Shown: positions 53,032 to 62,830, numbered from the stretch's first letter. The stretch is 64,000 bases of DNA from an uncultured Verrucomicrobiae bacterium (GCA_963762565.1 CAVXLD010000010.1:477514-541513), one strand, 5' to 3'. The notes: generated by a model not told the origin, from the sequence alone. Program-made: numbers and translations.

Positions 53032-54054
53032 TGCGCGTAGCGCAAGCGCCCACCGGGCACCGACCACCGCCGCCAACAGTAGTCCCAGCACCACCCAAAG
53101 TTGCAGATCGATCTGTTCTCCCAAAATCAACGCCGCAGCCAGTACTGCCAACACCGATTGAAATTGTTGAATCTGACTCATCCGAGCCACGCCGCCCCGA
53201 GCTAAGCCGCGATAGTAAAGTGCGAACCCGATAAATTGGGAAACCAACACCTGATAGCATAGACCGAACCACGCCGAGGGAGAATACACCGGACTGACAT
53301 GCCCCACTCTCCAAAGATAGGTAGAGAACAACAGGAGTGCTATGGGGCTAGAGAGTACCAACATCCAACAGATCGCCCGCCAGCCACCCATCTCCTGGGA
53401 CAAAAGCCCCCCTTCCGCGTACCCATAAGAACAAGCGACACAAGCCACAATGATCAATAGATCGGCTTGCCTTAGTTGCAGACCGCCCGCACGCGAGACC
53501 AGAAACCATGCCACCACCGCAGTCGCTCCGGCTGCTATCGCCCAAAATGCTCGCGGTACTCGTTCCCGTTTTCGCCAGACTCCGAAAATCGCGGTTAACA
53601 GGGGCAAAATCGCCGAAACAGTTGCGGCATGGCTGGCCGGTACACTTTGCAGCGCAATAGTGGTGAAGATAGGAAAAACAAAAACAATGCCTACCGCCGC
53701 CAAGCACAAACGAAGAGCCTGTTTGGGCGTTGGTAGCGGATATTTCCCTACTAAAGCGCACAACACCGCGATCGGACCAGCAATCGCTCCTCTGGCAAAC
53801 GCGATAAACAATGGATCGAACCCACCCAGCGCCAAACGCACCGCAACAAAAGAGAGACTAAAACAAATCACCCCCAGCGAGGTAAAGATCCAGCCTTCGA
53901 ACTCGTTGCGCTGCGAATGCCCTTCTTCCTTCGTCTGGCTGAATCCGACTTCGGCGGACGACTCGGAGCACAAATCCTCTCCCCTCAGCCCTCCATCGAT
54001 AACCCGATAAAGCGACCGCATTCGTTCCATAGACGCCACTCTTCTCCAAATCAT
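53029..54054 (-). CDS. EamA/DMT family transporter; start uncertain
   Basis: Ten TM segments in two repeats, ILPLLTA, YYRGLARGG, LILGEQI. Confidence 0.88.
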   Translation of the reverse strand: MIWRRVASMERMRSLYRVIDGGLRGEDLCSESSAEVGFSQTKEEGHSQRNEFEGWIFTSLGVICFSLSFVAVRLALGGFDPLFIAFARGAIAGPIAVLCALVGKYPLPTPKQALRLCLAAVGIVFVFPIFTTIALQSVPASHAATVSAILPLLTAIFGVWRKRERVPRAFWAIAAGATAVVAWFLVSRAGGLQLRQADLLIIVACVACSYGYAEGGLLSQEMGGWRAICWMLVLSSPIALLLFSTYLWRVGHVSPVYSPSAWFGLCYQVLVSQFIGFALYYRGLARGGVARMSQIQQFQSVLAVLAAALILGEQIDLQLWVVLGLLLAAVVGARWALALRA

Positions 54055-54059
54055 CCGAC

Positions 54060-54098
54060 CAGAACAGATACAGATTGTTGATTATCAGTGCAGAACAG
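54060..54098. promoter_or_regulatory. Candidate MocR-type operator
   Basis: CAGAACAG direct repeats at 54060 and 54091 plus CAGATACAG variant, between divergent genes. Confidence 0.5.
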
Positions 54099-54227
54099 TT
54101 TGATTTTCAAGCCGTTTGGGAGGTTCTTGAAGGAGTTCAGGAGTCTGCTTACTGCTTACTGACCGCCCCACCAATCACCAATCACCACTCACCTCTCACC
54201 AATCACCACTCACCTCTCACCCCAAAA

Positions 54228-55703
54228 ATGGACCCCAGCTACCAGCTGCTCGCGGATAAGCTCCATAGACAAATCGAAGCTCGCACCTATCTGCCGGGGG
54301 ACCGCTTACCTTCGGTCCGCGAATTGGCGAAAGACCATGGGTTTAGCTTGGAGACAGTCCTGCATGCTTTCCGGGTTCTGGAAAATAAAGGGGTGGTTGA
54401 AGCCCGGGTTAGGAGCGGATTTTACGTTCGCGAACCTAAGCTGCGTTTCGTAGCGCCGCCGACTAAAACTCAGACGATTTTTCGGGCAAAAGATGTAGCA
54501 GTTAGCTTACTGAGACACCAAACCGTCACGTTTGGCACATCCAAGCATGTGGTTCCGCTCGGACTCAGCTTGCTCGGTTCAGAGGTCCTACCGGCGCGAA
54601 AGCTGGCTCAAACCGCCGCCAGCGCAGCGCGACGTTATCCCGCTGAAACCTGCAGTCAGGGACCTCCGGAGGGGATCGAACCGTTGCGTCAGCAATTGGC
54701 GCAACGAGCCAACGGATGGGGATGTTTCCTTTCGCCCGACGATTTCGTGATCACTTGTGGAGCATCAGAAGCTCTGCACCTGGCATTGAGAGCGGTGAGT
54801 CAACCTGGCGATATCATCCTCGTAGAATCGCCCACTTACTTTGGCGAGCTGGAGATTATCCAAAGCTTAGGGCTAAGGGTGGTCGAACTAGCCACCGACC
54901 CCGTCCACGGGGTCGACCTGGGAGATCTCGAGAATGCGTTGCAGCGGTTTACCAGGGTGGCTGCGTGTTTGCTGGTAACAAACTACAGCAATCCGCTCGG
55001 GTATTCACTGAGTACCGAAACCAAGCGTGATCTCGTTCGATTGTTGGCCAGGTTCGGCGTCCCTCTCATCGAAGACGACATTTTCGGCGATTTGCACCGG
55101 CCTGAAACAGAACGTCCAAAGGTCGCAAAGTCTTTCGATCAAGATGGATCCGTGATTTTGATCGGTTCGTTTTCTAAGATATTAGCACCCGGTCTTCGAG
55201 TTGGTTGGATCGTTCCAGGCAAGTTTCATGACCGGGTCTTGCAGCTCAAATCCGCGACCAGCTTAGCGACACCTTCCCTTCCCCAACTAGCGGTCGCAGA
55301 ATTTCTAAAATTCGGCTCGTTCGATGCCCATTTGCGGCGGTTGCGCAAGTTTTTAGCGGACCAAGTTTACCGGTTCAGTAGCGCCATCGCCGAAACTTTT
55401 CCGGAGTCGACCCGGATCTCTCGCCCGAGCGGCGGATTTGTACTCTGGATCGAACTTGAGGAAGACTTCGATGCGCTCGAGATGGCCGTAGAAGCACTCA
55501 ACCGGTTTCGGATCGCCGTCGCGCCGGGCAACATTTTCTCCGCCACCGGTGAACGCTATCGCAATTGTTTCCGAGTTAGCTGCGGACACGGCTTCTCCCC
55601 GAAATTCGCCGAAGCGATTCAAACCCTTGGCCGGCTCGCCTCGGCGCGATCAAGCGCGCCGAGGCGAACCGTGGAGCGCGCCTCGCTTGCGAGGCCGTGG
55701 TGA
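54228..55703 (+). CDS. GntR/MocR-family regulator with PLP aminotransferase domain
   Basis: GDRLPSVRE, SGFYV, ESPTY, NPLG, IEDD, SFSKILAPGLRVGW. Confidence 0.93.
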   Translation: MDPSYQLLADKLHRQIEARTYLPGDRLPSVRELAKDHGFSLETVLHAFRVLENKGVVEARVRSGFYVREPKLRFVAPPTKTQTIFRAKDVAVSLLRHQTVTFGTSKHVVPLGLSLLGSEVLPARKLAQTAASAARRYPAETCSQGPPEGIEPLRQQLAQRANGWGCFLSPDDFVITCGASEALHLALRAVSQPGDIILVESPTYFGELEIIQSLGLRVVELATDPVHGVDLGDLENALQRFTRVAACLLVTNYSNPLGYSLSTETKRDLVRLLARFGVPLIEDDIFGDLHRPETERPKVAKSFDQDGSVILIGSFSKILAPGLRVGWIVPGKFHDRVLQLKSATSLATPSLPQLAVAEFLKFGSFDAHLRRLRKFLADQVYRFSSAIAETFPESTRISRPSGGFVLWIELEEDFDALEMAVEALNRFRIAVAPGNIFSATGERYRNCFRVSCGHGFSPKFAEAIQTLGRLASARSSAPRRTVERASLARPW

Positions 55704-55882
55704 ACCGGGGAGAATCGCAAGGCACATCCCATTTTTGTCTGCGCTCTATCCGCGGGTGCCTGTTGATACGTAAGAGCGCGCCCGTTGAAACGCTAGCCCC
55801 ACCGTCATCCCTTGCTAACCACGGCCTCGCACCTTGTCGCGCCGTAGGCTTGGCGGAGGCGGAAGCGAGGCGCGCTCCACGG
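55669..55882. repeat. REP-like doublet (CGTGGAGCG family) with nested 32-nt element
   Basis: Left arm overlaps MocR 3' end; right arm interrupted at 55832-55863. Confidence 0.85.
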
Positions 55883-55991
55883 CTCTCGTCTACCAATCAC
55901 CTTTCACCTCTCACCGTCCCCCTTGAACTCCTTGGACTCCTTCTCTGCCATCTGCTATTGGCTGTTGGATATCGGCTATTCGCGCAGCGCT

Positions 55992-56750
55992 ATGACTTGG
56001 TATTACCTAATCGGAAACCAGCCTAACGGTCCGGTCGAAGAACCCGAAATCGATCGGCTTTTCAATCATGGTGCAATCACCTTAGGGACCAAGGTTTGGC
56101 GCCAAGGGTTGCAGACTTGGAAGACTCTGGCGGAAGCTCTTAACCGGCCGGCGGTCAGTTGTTTCAGATGCAAACAGCTCTCCCCGCCGGATCTGTCCGT
56201 ACAATATGGCTCCCTTAGTCTCTGCCACGATTGCAAAGACATATTCTTCCAACAAATCCGGGAAGGATTATCCCCTGAAACCAGTGGCATCTATGGTGGG
56301 TTTTGGATGCGGGCCGGCGCCTATCTCATCGACCAGATCGCGCTTTTCCTGGTTCGTCTTCCGTTTGAGCTAGCGCTGCGCGCATACGTTTTCTGGAGCA
56401 CGTTCTCAGCTTCACCGGGGGGGTCCGCGCAGTCGCCCTGGCTAATAAAAGGAGTCTTAATCGCCTATGGCCTCTATTTCATCTTCGCTCTCGCGATCTC
56501 TTTAGGTTATTCCGTCTTTTTCGTCGGTAGATACGGCGCTACGCCCGGTAAAATGGCGCTCAAGTTGCGGATCGTCCGGTCTGATCTATCAAAGGTCTCC
56601 TATTTAAGAGCACTCGGACGTTATTTCGCTCAGGGTTTGAGCGGGATGTTGCTATACATCGGCTACATTATGGCCGGGTTCGATTCGGAAAAGAGGGCGT
56701 TGCACGACTACCTTTGCGATACCCGGGTGATAAAACGCCAATCGACCTAA
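55992..56750 (+). CDS. RDD-family protein with N-terminal GYF_2-like domain and zinc ribbon
   Basis: WYY..GPV..TKVWRQGL..W; CFRC..CHDC; YGGFWMRAGAYLID, TPGK, KRALHD. Confidence 0.88.
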   Translation: MTWYYLIGNQPNGPVEEPEIDRLFNHGAITLGTKVWRQGLQTWKTLAEALNRPAVSCFRCKQLSPPDLSVQYGSLSLCHDCKDIFFQQIREGLSPETSGIYGGFWMRAGAYLIDQIALFLVRLPFELALRAYVFWSTFSASPGGSAQSPWLIKGVLIAYGLYFIFALAISLGYSVFFVGRYGATPGKMALKLRIVRSDLSKVSYLRALGRYFAQGLSGMLLYIGYIMAGFDSEKRALHDYLCDTRVIKRQST

Positions 56751-57355
56751 TGAGTACCGGCGCTTTTTGTCCCATCTGCCATCACTCGCTAACCACCTCT
56801 CAGTGGAACCTGCAGGATTTTACGGCCTGTCCCAATTGTCACGCGCCAACTCGTACTCTGGTATTCCCGGCGATGACCAGAGCCACGTCCGTTCCGCGCC
56901 CGGAACCACGTAGAGAGACCGAAGCAGGTTGCTTTTTTCACAGTAATTCACGTGCAGAAAACGTTTGCAGTTCATGCGGCCGGTTTCTTTGCTCGCTTTG
57001 TACTCTCGAGTTTGGAGCCCAAAAACTTTGCCCTGACTGCATCTACAGAAGACGCCGGCAAGCGTCGGAACCATTGTTCCGGGACCAAACCATCCTTTTC
57101 GACAACATTGCGTTGCTGCTGTTGGTCATCCCGGTCCTTTGTCTGGTGTACATTTATTTGGGACTAATTTTCAGCGCCTTCGCCTTGGCCATCGTTATCA
57201 TCGGCTGGCGACTACAGCGCCCTCTAGTGCCACGCTCCAGGTACCGATTCGTTCTAGCAGCCGGTTTGTCATTGGTGGAAGGCATCGGTTGGATCGCTCT
57301 CGTCTGGTCGATCGTGTGGCTAATTCAAAGTCATCCCACTGACTTCGGCTTATGA
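56750..57355 (+). CDS. Zinc-finger (B-box-like) membrane protein
   Basis: CPIC, CPNC, CFFH..CSSCGRFLCSLC..CPDC, C-terminal TM helices. Confidence 0.75.
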   Translation: MSTGAFCPICHHSLTTSQWNLQDFTACPNCHAPTRTLVFPAMTRATSVPRPEPRRETEAGCFFHSNSRAENVCSSCGRFLCSLCTLEFGAQKLCPDCIYRRRRQASEPLFRDQTILFDNIALLLLVIPVLCLVYIYLGLIFSAFALAIVIIGWRLQRPLVPRSRYRFVLAAGLSLVEGIGWIALVWSIVWLIQSHPTDFGL

Positions 57356-57903
57356 GCGATCCCGCCTTAGCAAAACCTTCCTCCGACGTCCGGCTGAGCC
57401 GGGCGATGACGGACAAGACGGAGCGGCAGGTACCCTATCGAAAAATCGCTGCCACCGGTTGGACCTCGCGTTTGTTTCCTGGTGCACGCAGCACTCTTTA
57501 TCTCGCGGATGATCATTTGCTTCATGCCAAGCAGATGATCCTCTTTGAAAAGTATCGCCGCTTTTACTTTTCAGATATCGAGGCCATCTCTTTTTCTAAG
57601 AGTAATCGCTGGATTTGGTTCTCGACGGTTTGGGGATTTCTCCTGTTCTGCAGTCTGTTCTGGTACCTCGGTCACCAAACGTGGTGTTATGTGGCTGGCG
57701 CGCTATTCTGCCTGTTTTTCGGCGGCTTGCTTCTATCGAACCTGATTGCCGGTCCTACTTACGTCGTTAACCTCCAAACTGCCGCTCAAATTCGCCGTTT
57801 ACGGCCCGTAGAACGAGAAAACCAGCTGATCAAGTTCCAGCAGACGATCGTCCCGATCATCATGCAAGCTCAGCAAGGTAGCGCTAACCGGGCAGCAGCA
57901 TGA
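57352..57903 (+). CDS. Hypothetical two-TM membrane protein
   Basis: ATGA overlaps with both neighbours; two hydrophobic helices. Confidence 0.7.
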   Translation: MSDPALAKPSSDVRLSRAMTDKTERQVPYRKIAATGWTSRLFPGARSTLYLADDHLLHAKQMILFEKYRRFYFSDIEAISFSKSNRWIWFSTVWGFLLFCSLFWYLGHQTWCYVAGALFCLFFGGLLLSNLIAGPTYVVNLQTAAQIRRLRPVERENQLIKFQQTIVPIIMQAQQGSANRAAA

Positions 57904-58199
57904 ATCTAGCAGCCCGCCGCTGTCTAGTGCATCCGGATCGAGAGGCTGCCGCCCGGTGCCCGAGTTGCCACCAGTATTACTGCCGTGAGTGTGTAGTCGA
58001 ACACGACGCTCAGTTTCTCTGCGCAGCTTGTCTCCAAAAATCAATTGAAACCCGGAGTCATCGCCGGTCCATCCAATTCGACTGGCTAAGTCCCTTCCGG
58101 CTCCTACTTGGCTTTGCTGGCGCCTATCTCTCGCTCTACGTGATCGAACGAATCCTGCTGCTGATCCCCATCAACCTGTATAACGGCACCTGGTTCTGA
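57900..58199 (+). CDS. Small B-box-like zinc-finger membrane protein
   Basis: CLVHPDREAAARCPSC..CREC..CAAC plus one TM. Confidence 0.78.
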   Translation: MNLAARRCLVHPDREAAARCPSCHQYYCRECVVEHDAQFLCAACLQKSIETRSHRRSIQFDWLSPFRLLLGFAGAYLSLYVIERILLLIPINLYNGTWF

Positions 58200-58215
58200 A
58201 GAACAGGCGAAGCGC

Positions 58216-58359
58216 ATGACAAATGACAGATGACAGATGACAAATTAAACGATTCAGCGAGCGGCGCGCCTCCTAGCTCCTAGCTCCTAGCTCCTCCCTG
58301 ATACTGTTTACTGCTTACTGGCTTCCCACCTCTCACTAATCACCTCTCACCTCTCACTA
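58216..58359. repeat. Series of unpaired heptamer arrays of four families
   Basis: (ATGACAR)4, (CCTAGCT)3, TTACTG-type, (TCTCACY/AATCACC)n. Confidence 0.88.
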
Positions 58360-58360
58360 A

Positions 58361-59143
58361 ATGATAGACCTGCTAGAGGAAGCGATTCATTTGTTGCGCA
58401 GAACCTCGGCGATCACGTACGCCTATTACATATTAGGTGTTACGCCGTTTGCACTTCTGTTTTTTCAACTCCTAGCAGATGCGTCTTACCACCGTTACCT
58501 GGCCGAGCATCTGGGCGATTCAGTTATTCGCCTCGCCATTGCCTACTGTTGGATGAAAGGCTTCCAAGCCTTAGCCTGCCAGCGTCTACTCGCGTCCTAC
58601 TCCGGAGAACCAGTTCGTCGTCGTGGGCCGTTAAAATTGCTACAACTTTGGTCCGCTCAATGCGCAATTCAGCCCTGGGGTATTCTCATTAAACCCATGG
58701 CCTTCGTAGTCATGATCCCTTCTCCCTTCGTAGACGCATTTTTTCAAACCGCTAGCATCGTCATTACTGGCGACCGAGGAGATTTTATGCGTTGCATCCG
58801 GCTTTCCACGGGGAAGATCGGCCCCGGGTTAGTTCTAAACGGGATCATCTTCGCTTTCCGAATCGTGATGTTTGTCTGCGTTTATTCGACGCTCGCCACG
58901 TTGCCTTTCTTATGCAAGATGCTGTTCGGCATCGAAACCTTGCTGACCAACAATTTCCAATGGCTGGCCTCGTTCCCTTTTCTATTAGGAACGGGATTCG
59001 TTTCCTATTTCGTCATCGACCTTTTGCTAAAGTCTTTCTACGTGATTCGACTTCGACGGATTGAATGTGAAACCTCGGGAAAAGATCTGGTACACCGCCT
59101 TGCTGAGCTGGGGTACGCCGTCGAGGCTAGGAAGACTCAATAG
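58361..59143 (+). CDS. Integral membrane protein; probable N-terminal part of a split DUF4129 gene
   Basis: Multi-TM ORF in the same frame as 59198-60358, separated by one TAG. Confidence 0.7.
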   Translation: MIDLLEEAIHLLRRTSAITYAYYILGVTPFALLFFQLLADASYHRYLAEHLGDSVIRLAIAYCWMKGFQALACQRLLASYSGEPVRRRGPLKLLQLWSAQCAIQPWGILIKPMAFVVMIPSPFVDAFFQTASIVITGDRGDFMRCIRLSTGKIGPGLVLNGIIFAFRIVMFVCVYSTLATLPFLCKMLFGIETLLTNNFQWLASFPFLLGTGFVSYFVIDLLLKSFYVIRLRRIECETSGKDLVHRLAELGYAVEARKTQ

Positions 59144-59189
59144 CCGCGAAAGACCCGCCACGGAGCGTCACCACAACCAAACCCGAAAC

Positions 59190-59473
59190 AACCGCGAATG
59201 GACGCGAAGACAAAAAGACAGACAAACCGCAGATGGACACGAATGGACGCGAATAAAATACGTGTGACCGACGCCGCACGCTCCGGAGGGGGGTCGCTTT
59301 CCCGCTCTGCAGCTCTATCCGATGGCAAACAGGCGGCTCCCGCGAACATCCCAGCGCACGGCCATAAACCCAGCGCCTCCCCGATTCGCGTCAATTCGTG
59401 TCCATTCGCGGTTAAATTTATTCTTTTCGTCTTCGTGTCCATTCGTGGTTTTTGTTCGTGTCCATTCGCGGTT
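59190..59473. repeat. Inverted decamer arrays (GAATGGACRC)n / (ATTCGTGTCC)n within the reading frame
   Basis: Same family as 41587-41833. Confidence 0.9.
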
Positions 59474-60358
59474 AGAACAATCCTGGCAGCCGCGGCTGTT
59501 CTGTTCTTGCTGTTAGCTCCAGCCCGTAACTATGCGATTTCGGTCGACCGATCGGAAGAGCAGCTCAGGGCGATGCCTCTAGCCAGCACCACACCGAACG
59601 CCGCTCGGGTCCCCACAGCGGAGGTCCAGCAACAAGTTGAACGTGTGTTAACTGCGCCGGAATACGCCTGGCGAAATCCCAGCAAAGTGGAAGCGCCGCC
59701 CTCGTGGCTAGAACAGTTCAGTGACTGGCTCAGGGATTCTCTTGCCAGCCTTAGCCGTGCACTCGACCGCTTGGGACGAGCGATCTCTCGATGGCTCGCC
59801 TCGTTATTTCCCCAAGCTTCCGGAACCAGGACGGGCGGAAGCGATGGGATGAGCTTGGTAGCCCAAATTTTAACCTGGGTGACCATCATTGCTGCTGCAG
59901 CAATCTTAACCTTGATTCTCGTCAAGATACTCTCGCGAAGACGCGTATTAACACCACCGAAAGCGCCACCGGCCGCTCCAACCCCAGACCTCGAAAGCGA
60001 GGACACAACCGCAGATCAGCTTCCCGAGGATGAGTGGCTGCGACTGGCCCGGCAAAAAGCGCAGGACGGCGATCTGCGCCAAGCTTTGCGAGCCCTATTT
60101 TTAGCCGTGCTTTCGTTGCTTGGAGATCAGGGTCTAATCTTGATTCGAAGATCGAAGTCGAACTTCGACTATGAGCGCGAGTTAAAGCGAAAGCTGAATT
60201 CTTTGGCCGGCCTCGATGAAATATTTTCAGCGGATCGCAAATTATTCGAGCGCTGTTGGTACGGCGCACATCCCGTGACCGTGACCGAGTTCGAACAATC
60301 AGACAGCCTTTATCAACGCCTGAGAAATGTCTGCCTCCGGAAAAATGATCGGGACTGA
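59198..60358 (+). CDS. DUF4129-domain protein; N-terminus encoded by repeat, start uncertain
   Basis: ADQLPEDEW..A..GDLRQALRALFLA..KSNFDY..FERCWYG. Confidence 0.78.
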   Translation: MDAKTKRQTNRRWTRMDANKIRVTDAARSGGGSLSRSAALSDGKQAAPANIPAHGHKPSASPIRVNSCPFAVKFILFVFVSIRGFCSCPFAVRTILAAAAVLFLLLAPARNYAISVDRSEEQLRAMPLASTTPNAARVPTAEVQQQVERVLTAPEYAWRNPSKVEAPPSWLEQFSDWLRDSLASLSRALDRLGRAISRWLASLFPQASGTRTGGSDGMSLVAQILTWVTIIAAAAILTLILVKILSRRRVLTPPKAPPAAPTPDLESEDTTADQLPEDEWLRLARQKAQDGDLRQALRALFLAVLSLLGDQGLILIRRSKSNFDYERELKRKLNSLAGLDEIFSADRKLFERCWYGAHPVTVTEFEQSDSLYQRLRNVCLRKNDRD

Positions 60359-60384
60359 AAAATATTATGCCCAGTCCATCGCCC

Positions 60385-60506
60385 GGGAGGGATCGCGTCC
60401 TCGGAATCCGTCGTCAACGAAGCCGGGCACGCGTTGTAATCTGGGGCGAAAATACACCCTTGGGTTCTGCCCCACCCTCGCGGCGCGCGGGGACGCGCGC
60501 CCTCCC
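60385..60506. repeat. GGGAGGG-type REP doublet
   Basis: Arms match 52115-52237. Confidence 0.85.
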
Positions 60507-60526
60507 CTAACCGCACACCACTCCTC

Positions 60527-61666
60527 ATGCATAAAGACCGCCTAATCGCTTACGTCCTCATGGGACTAATGGCAGCTCTCTTTGCCTGTGTCGGGGTTCA
60601 AATGTTTAAAGTCCGCTCAGAGGTGAATGGAGTCTATCCCGAGTATTCGAGTTTCCGCGCGGATCCAAAGGGTTATCGGGTCCTATTCGAGACGTTGTCC
60701 AAGCTTGGACCGATCCCCGTCCAACGTTTCGAGGAGCCGCTAACCGAGTTGCCATCCGCACCCGGTAAAATCTTGGTTTTGGCCGGCATTCAGCCGAGCG
60801 GGTTCTCGACCGATGAAACCAATCTTTTGGACGAGTGGATGAAAAAGGGGGGAACTCTGCTGATCGCATTTACCTCTCCGCAAATTGAGCAAAACGAAAA
60901 AGGACCTCAGGCTGGTCCGGGACAGCAGGAGAATAGACCGGTTCGTGACGACGTTGGAAAATCCGAAACCTGGGGGTTTAAGATATTCTGGACGAGATTA
61001 CCCATGGTAACCGAATTGCAATCGAATCTGTTCGCGGACCAGTTTAGTTGGGCGGGCCATTTGTATATTCAGCCAACGAAAAGCGACTGGGAGGTTATGG
61101 CTAAAGTTCGGGACCTGCCGGTTGTCCTCCAACGAAACTTCGGCGCCGGTAAACTAGTACTGCTAGCTGATTCCTATCCACTCTCTAATGTAGCCCTGGC
61201 TGCTCATCGGAACGCGGCGCTAGTTAGTTGGCTCTTTCCTCAACATTCGACAGTGGTCTTCGATGAGAGCCACTTCGGTATTGTTAACCATCCCGGCATT
61301 ATTGGCTTAGCCCGGCGTTATGGCCTGGATGGCGCATTCGTTGCCATCCTTGGTCTAGCCGTTCTTTATCTATGGGCAAGCCGATACACCTTGAAACCCA
61401 TGCGCCGCCGCCGTGCAGACTCTGAGCCCGCAGTACCCGGTATCGGAGGAAATGAGATTTTCACCAACTTGTTGCGCCGCACCCTTCCCGCGAAGGACCT
61501 CTGTGCAACCTGTCTGCAAGTTTGGAAACAAAAAGGACCAATCAACCCGGTAAAACAAGCTCGGCTGGAAACCGTGTTAAACTCGCTGTCACCAGCTAGC
61601 TCCCAAGTGGAACGATATAATCAGATCGTCAAACTTTTGCCAGTTACCAGCGAACGACGACCCTGA
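60527..61666 (+). CDS. DUF4350-domain protein
   Basis: N-terminal TM, YSSFRADPKG, W..GGTL, G.GKLVLLAD..LSN, VFDESH. Confidence 0.8.
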   Translation: MHKDRLIAYVLMGLMAALFACVGVQMFKVRSEVNGVYPEYSSFRADPKGYRVLFETLSKLGPIPVQRFEEPLTELPSAPGKILVLAGIQPSGFSTDETNLLDEWMKKGGTLLIAFTSPQIEQNEKGPQAGPGQQENRPVRDDVGKSETWGFKIFWTRLPMVTELQSNLFADQFSWAGHLYIQPTKSDWEVMAKVRDLPVVLQRNFGAGKLVLLADSYPLSNVALAAHRNAALVSWLFPQHSTVVFDESHFGIVNHPGIIGLARRYGLDGAFVAILGLAVLYLWASRYTLKPMRRRRADSEPAVPGIGGNEIFTNLLRRTLPAKDLCATCLQVWKQKGPINPVKQARLETVLNSLSPASSQVERYNQIVKLLPVTSERRP

Positions 61667-61696
61667 ACGCCAAACGCCAAACGCCAAACGTGAACC

Positions 61697-62662
61697 ATGA
61701 ACGATTCGATTGATGAACTAAAAGAGGTTCTGGTGCGTGCCCGAACCGAGGCGGCCAAGGTCGTCATTGGACAGGAAGACGCTATCCGTTTCGCCTTGAT
61801 CGCCATCTTCACCAATCAACACGCCCTGATTGAAGGGGTGCCCGGTGTGGCTAAGACGTTGCTGGTCAGAACTCTTGCCCAAATTCTGGGCAGCCCTTTT
61901 GACCGAATTCAATTCACGCCAGACCTGATGCCTTCCGATATTCTAGGCACCAACGTTTTCAGCTTTCAAAAAAGCGAATTCACCTTCGCCCCTGGTCCAA
62001 TTTTTACCACCTTTCTGCTGGCCGATGAGATTAACCGTGCCCCCAGCAAGACCCAATCGGCTCTTCTACAGGCCATGCAGGAACGTCAGGTCACCATCGA
62101 CCGAAGTACGTATCGGTTGGCCGAAAACTTCACCGTCTTCGCGACCCAAAACCCGATTGAGTTCGAAGGAACATATCCCTTGCCGGAAGCACAGAAAGAC
62201 CGGTTCATGCTCAAGATTCGGATGGATCTACCGCAGCAAGAGGAAGAGCTTTCTTTGGCTCAACGCATGTTAACCCCAGACGCGCCGGAAGCGGTTCTGG
62301 AGCGCGGCGTAGTGCAAAGTGTCATCTCAGAGCAAGACCTCGCCCGTGTCCGAGGGGCGTTAAGCGAGGTTCTGATTCGCCCGGAGTTGGTCGCCTACCT
62401 GGTGGAGATCGTCAGAGAGAGCCGGCGCCATGAAAGTGTTCTTTTCGGCGGAGGACCGCGCGCCACTCAGTCCTTAATTTTAGCCAGTCGCGTGCACGCG
62501 GCTCTCGATGGAAGGAATTTTGTCACCCCGGACGACATCCGGTTGCTCGCCCAAAGCGTCCTGGAACACCGTTTAGTACTACGACCCGAATTCGAAATCG
62601 AAGGTTCGGATCCAAACGCGGTGGTTAAGGATATTTTGGACAAACTGCCCGTCCCAAGATGA
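61697..62662 (+). CDS. MoxR-family AAA+ ATPase
   Basis: EGVPGVAKT, RIQFTPDLMPSD, DEINRA, ATQNPIE, YPLPEAQKDRF. Confidence 0.95.
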   Translation: MNDSIDELKEVLVRARTEAAKVVIGQEDAIRFALIAIFTNQHALIEGVPGVAKTLLVRTLAQILGSPFDRIQFTPDLMPSDILGTNVFSFQKSEFTFAPGPIFTTFLLADEINRAPSKTQSALLQAMQERQVTIDRSTYRLAENFTVFATQNPIEFEGTYPLPEAQKDRFMLKIRMDLPQQEEELSLAQRMLTPDAPEAVLERGVVQSVISEQDLARVRGALSEVLIRPELVAYLVEIVRESRRHESVLFGGGPRATQSLILASRVHAALDGRNFVTPDDIRLLAQSVLEHRLVLRPEFEIEGSDPNAVVKDILDKLPVPR

Positions 62663-62684
62663 TTGCAGAACCGGAAATAAAATG

Positions 62685-62812
62685 ATCCACAGATTTCGCA
62701 GATTTATTCACCTACCGGTAGAAGATGCGCCTGACATTCGACGCCCTAAGGTCTCACCGCCTTGGTGCGCAAAGCTGTCTTCTAATCTGCGTAATCTGTG
62801 TAATCTGCGGAT
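62685..62812. repeat. Inverted nonamer arrays (CRCAGATTT) / (AATCTGYGT)
   Basis: atccacagatttcgcagatt ... aatctgcgtaatctgtgtaatctgcggat. Confidence 0.85.
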
Positions 62813-62830
62813 CTTATTTCTGTTCTTGAG

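Noticed and set aside
54075..54227. N-terminal extension of MocR
   Set aside because: Encoded by operator and heptamer arrays; the HTH starts after ATG 54228
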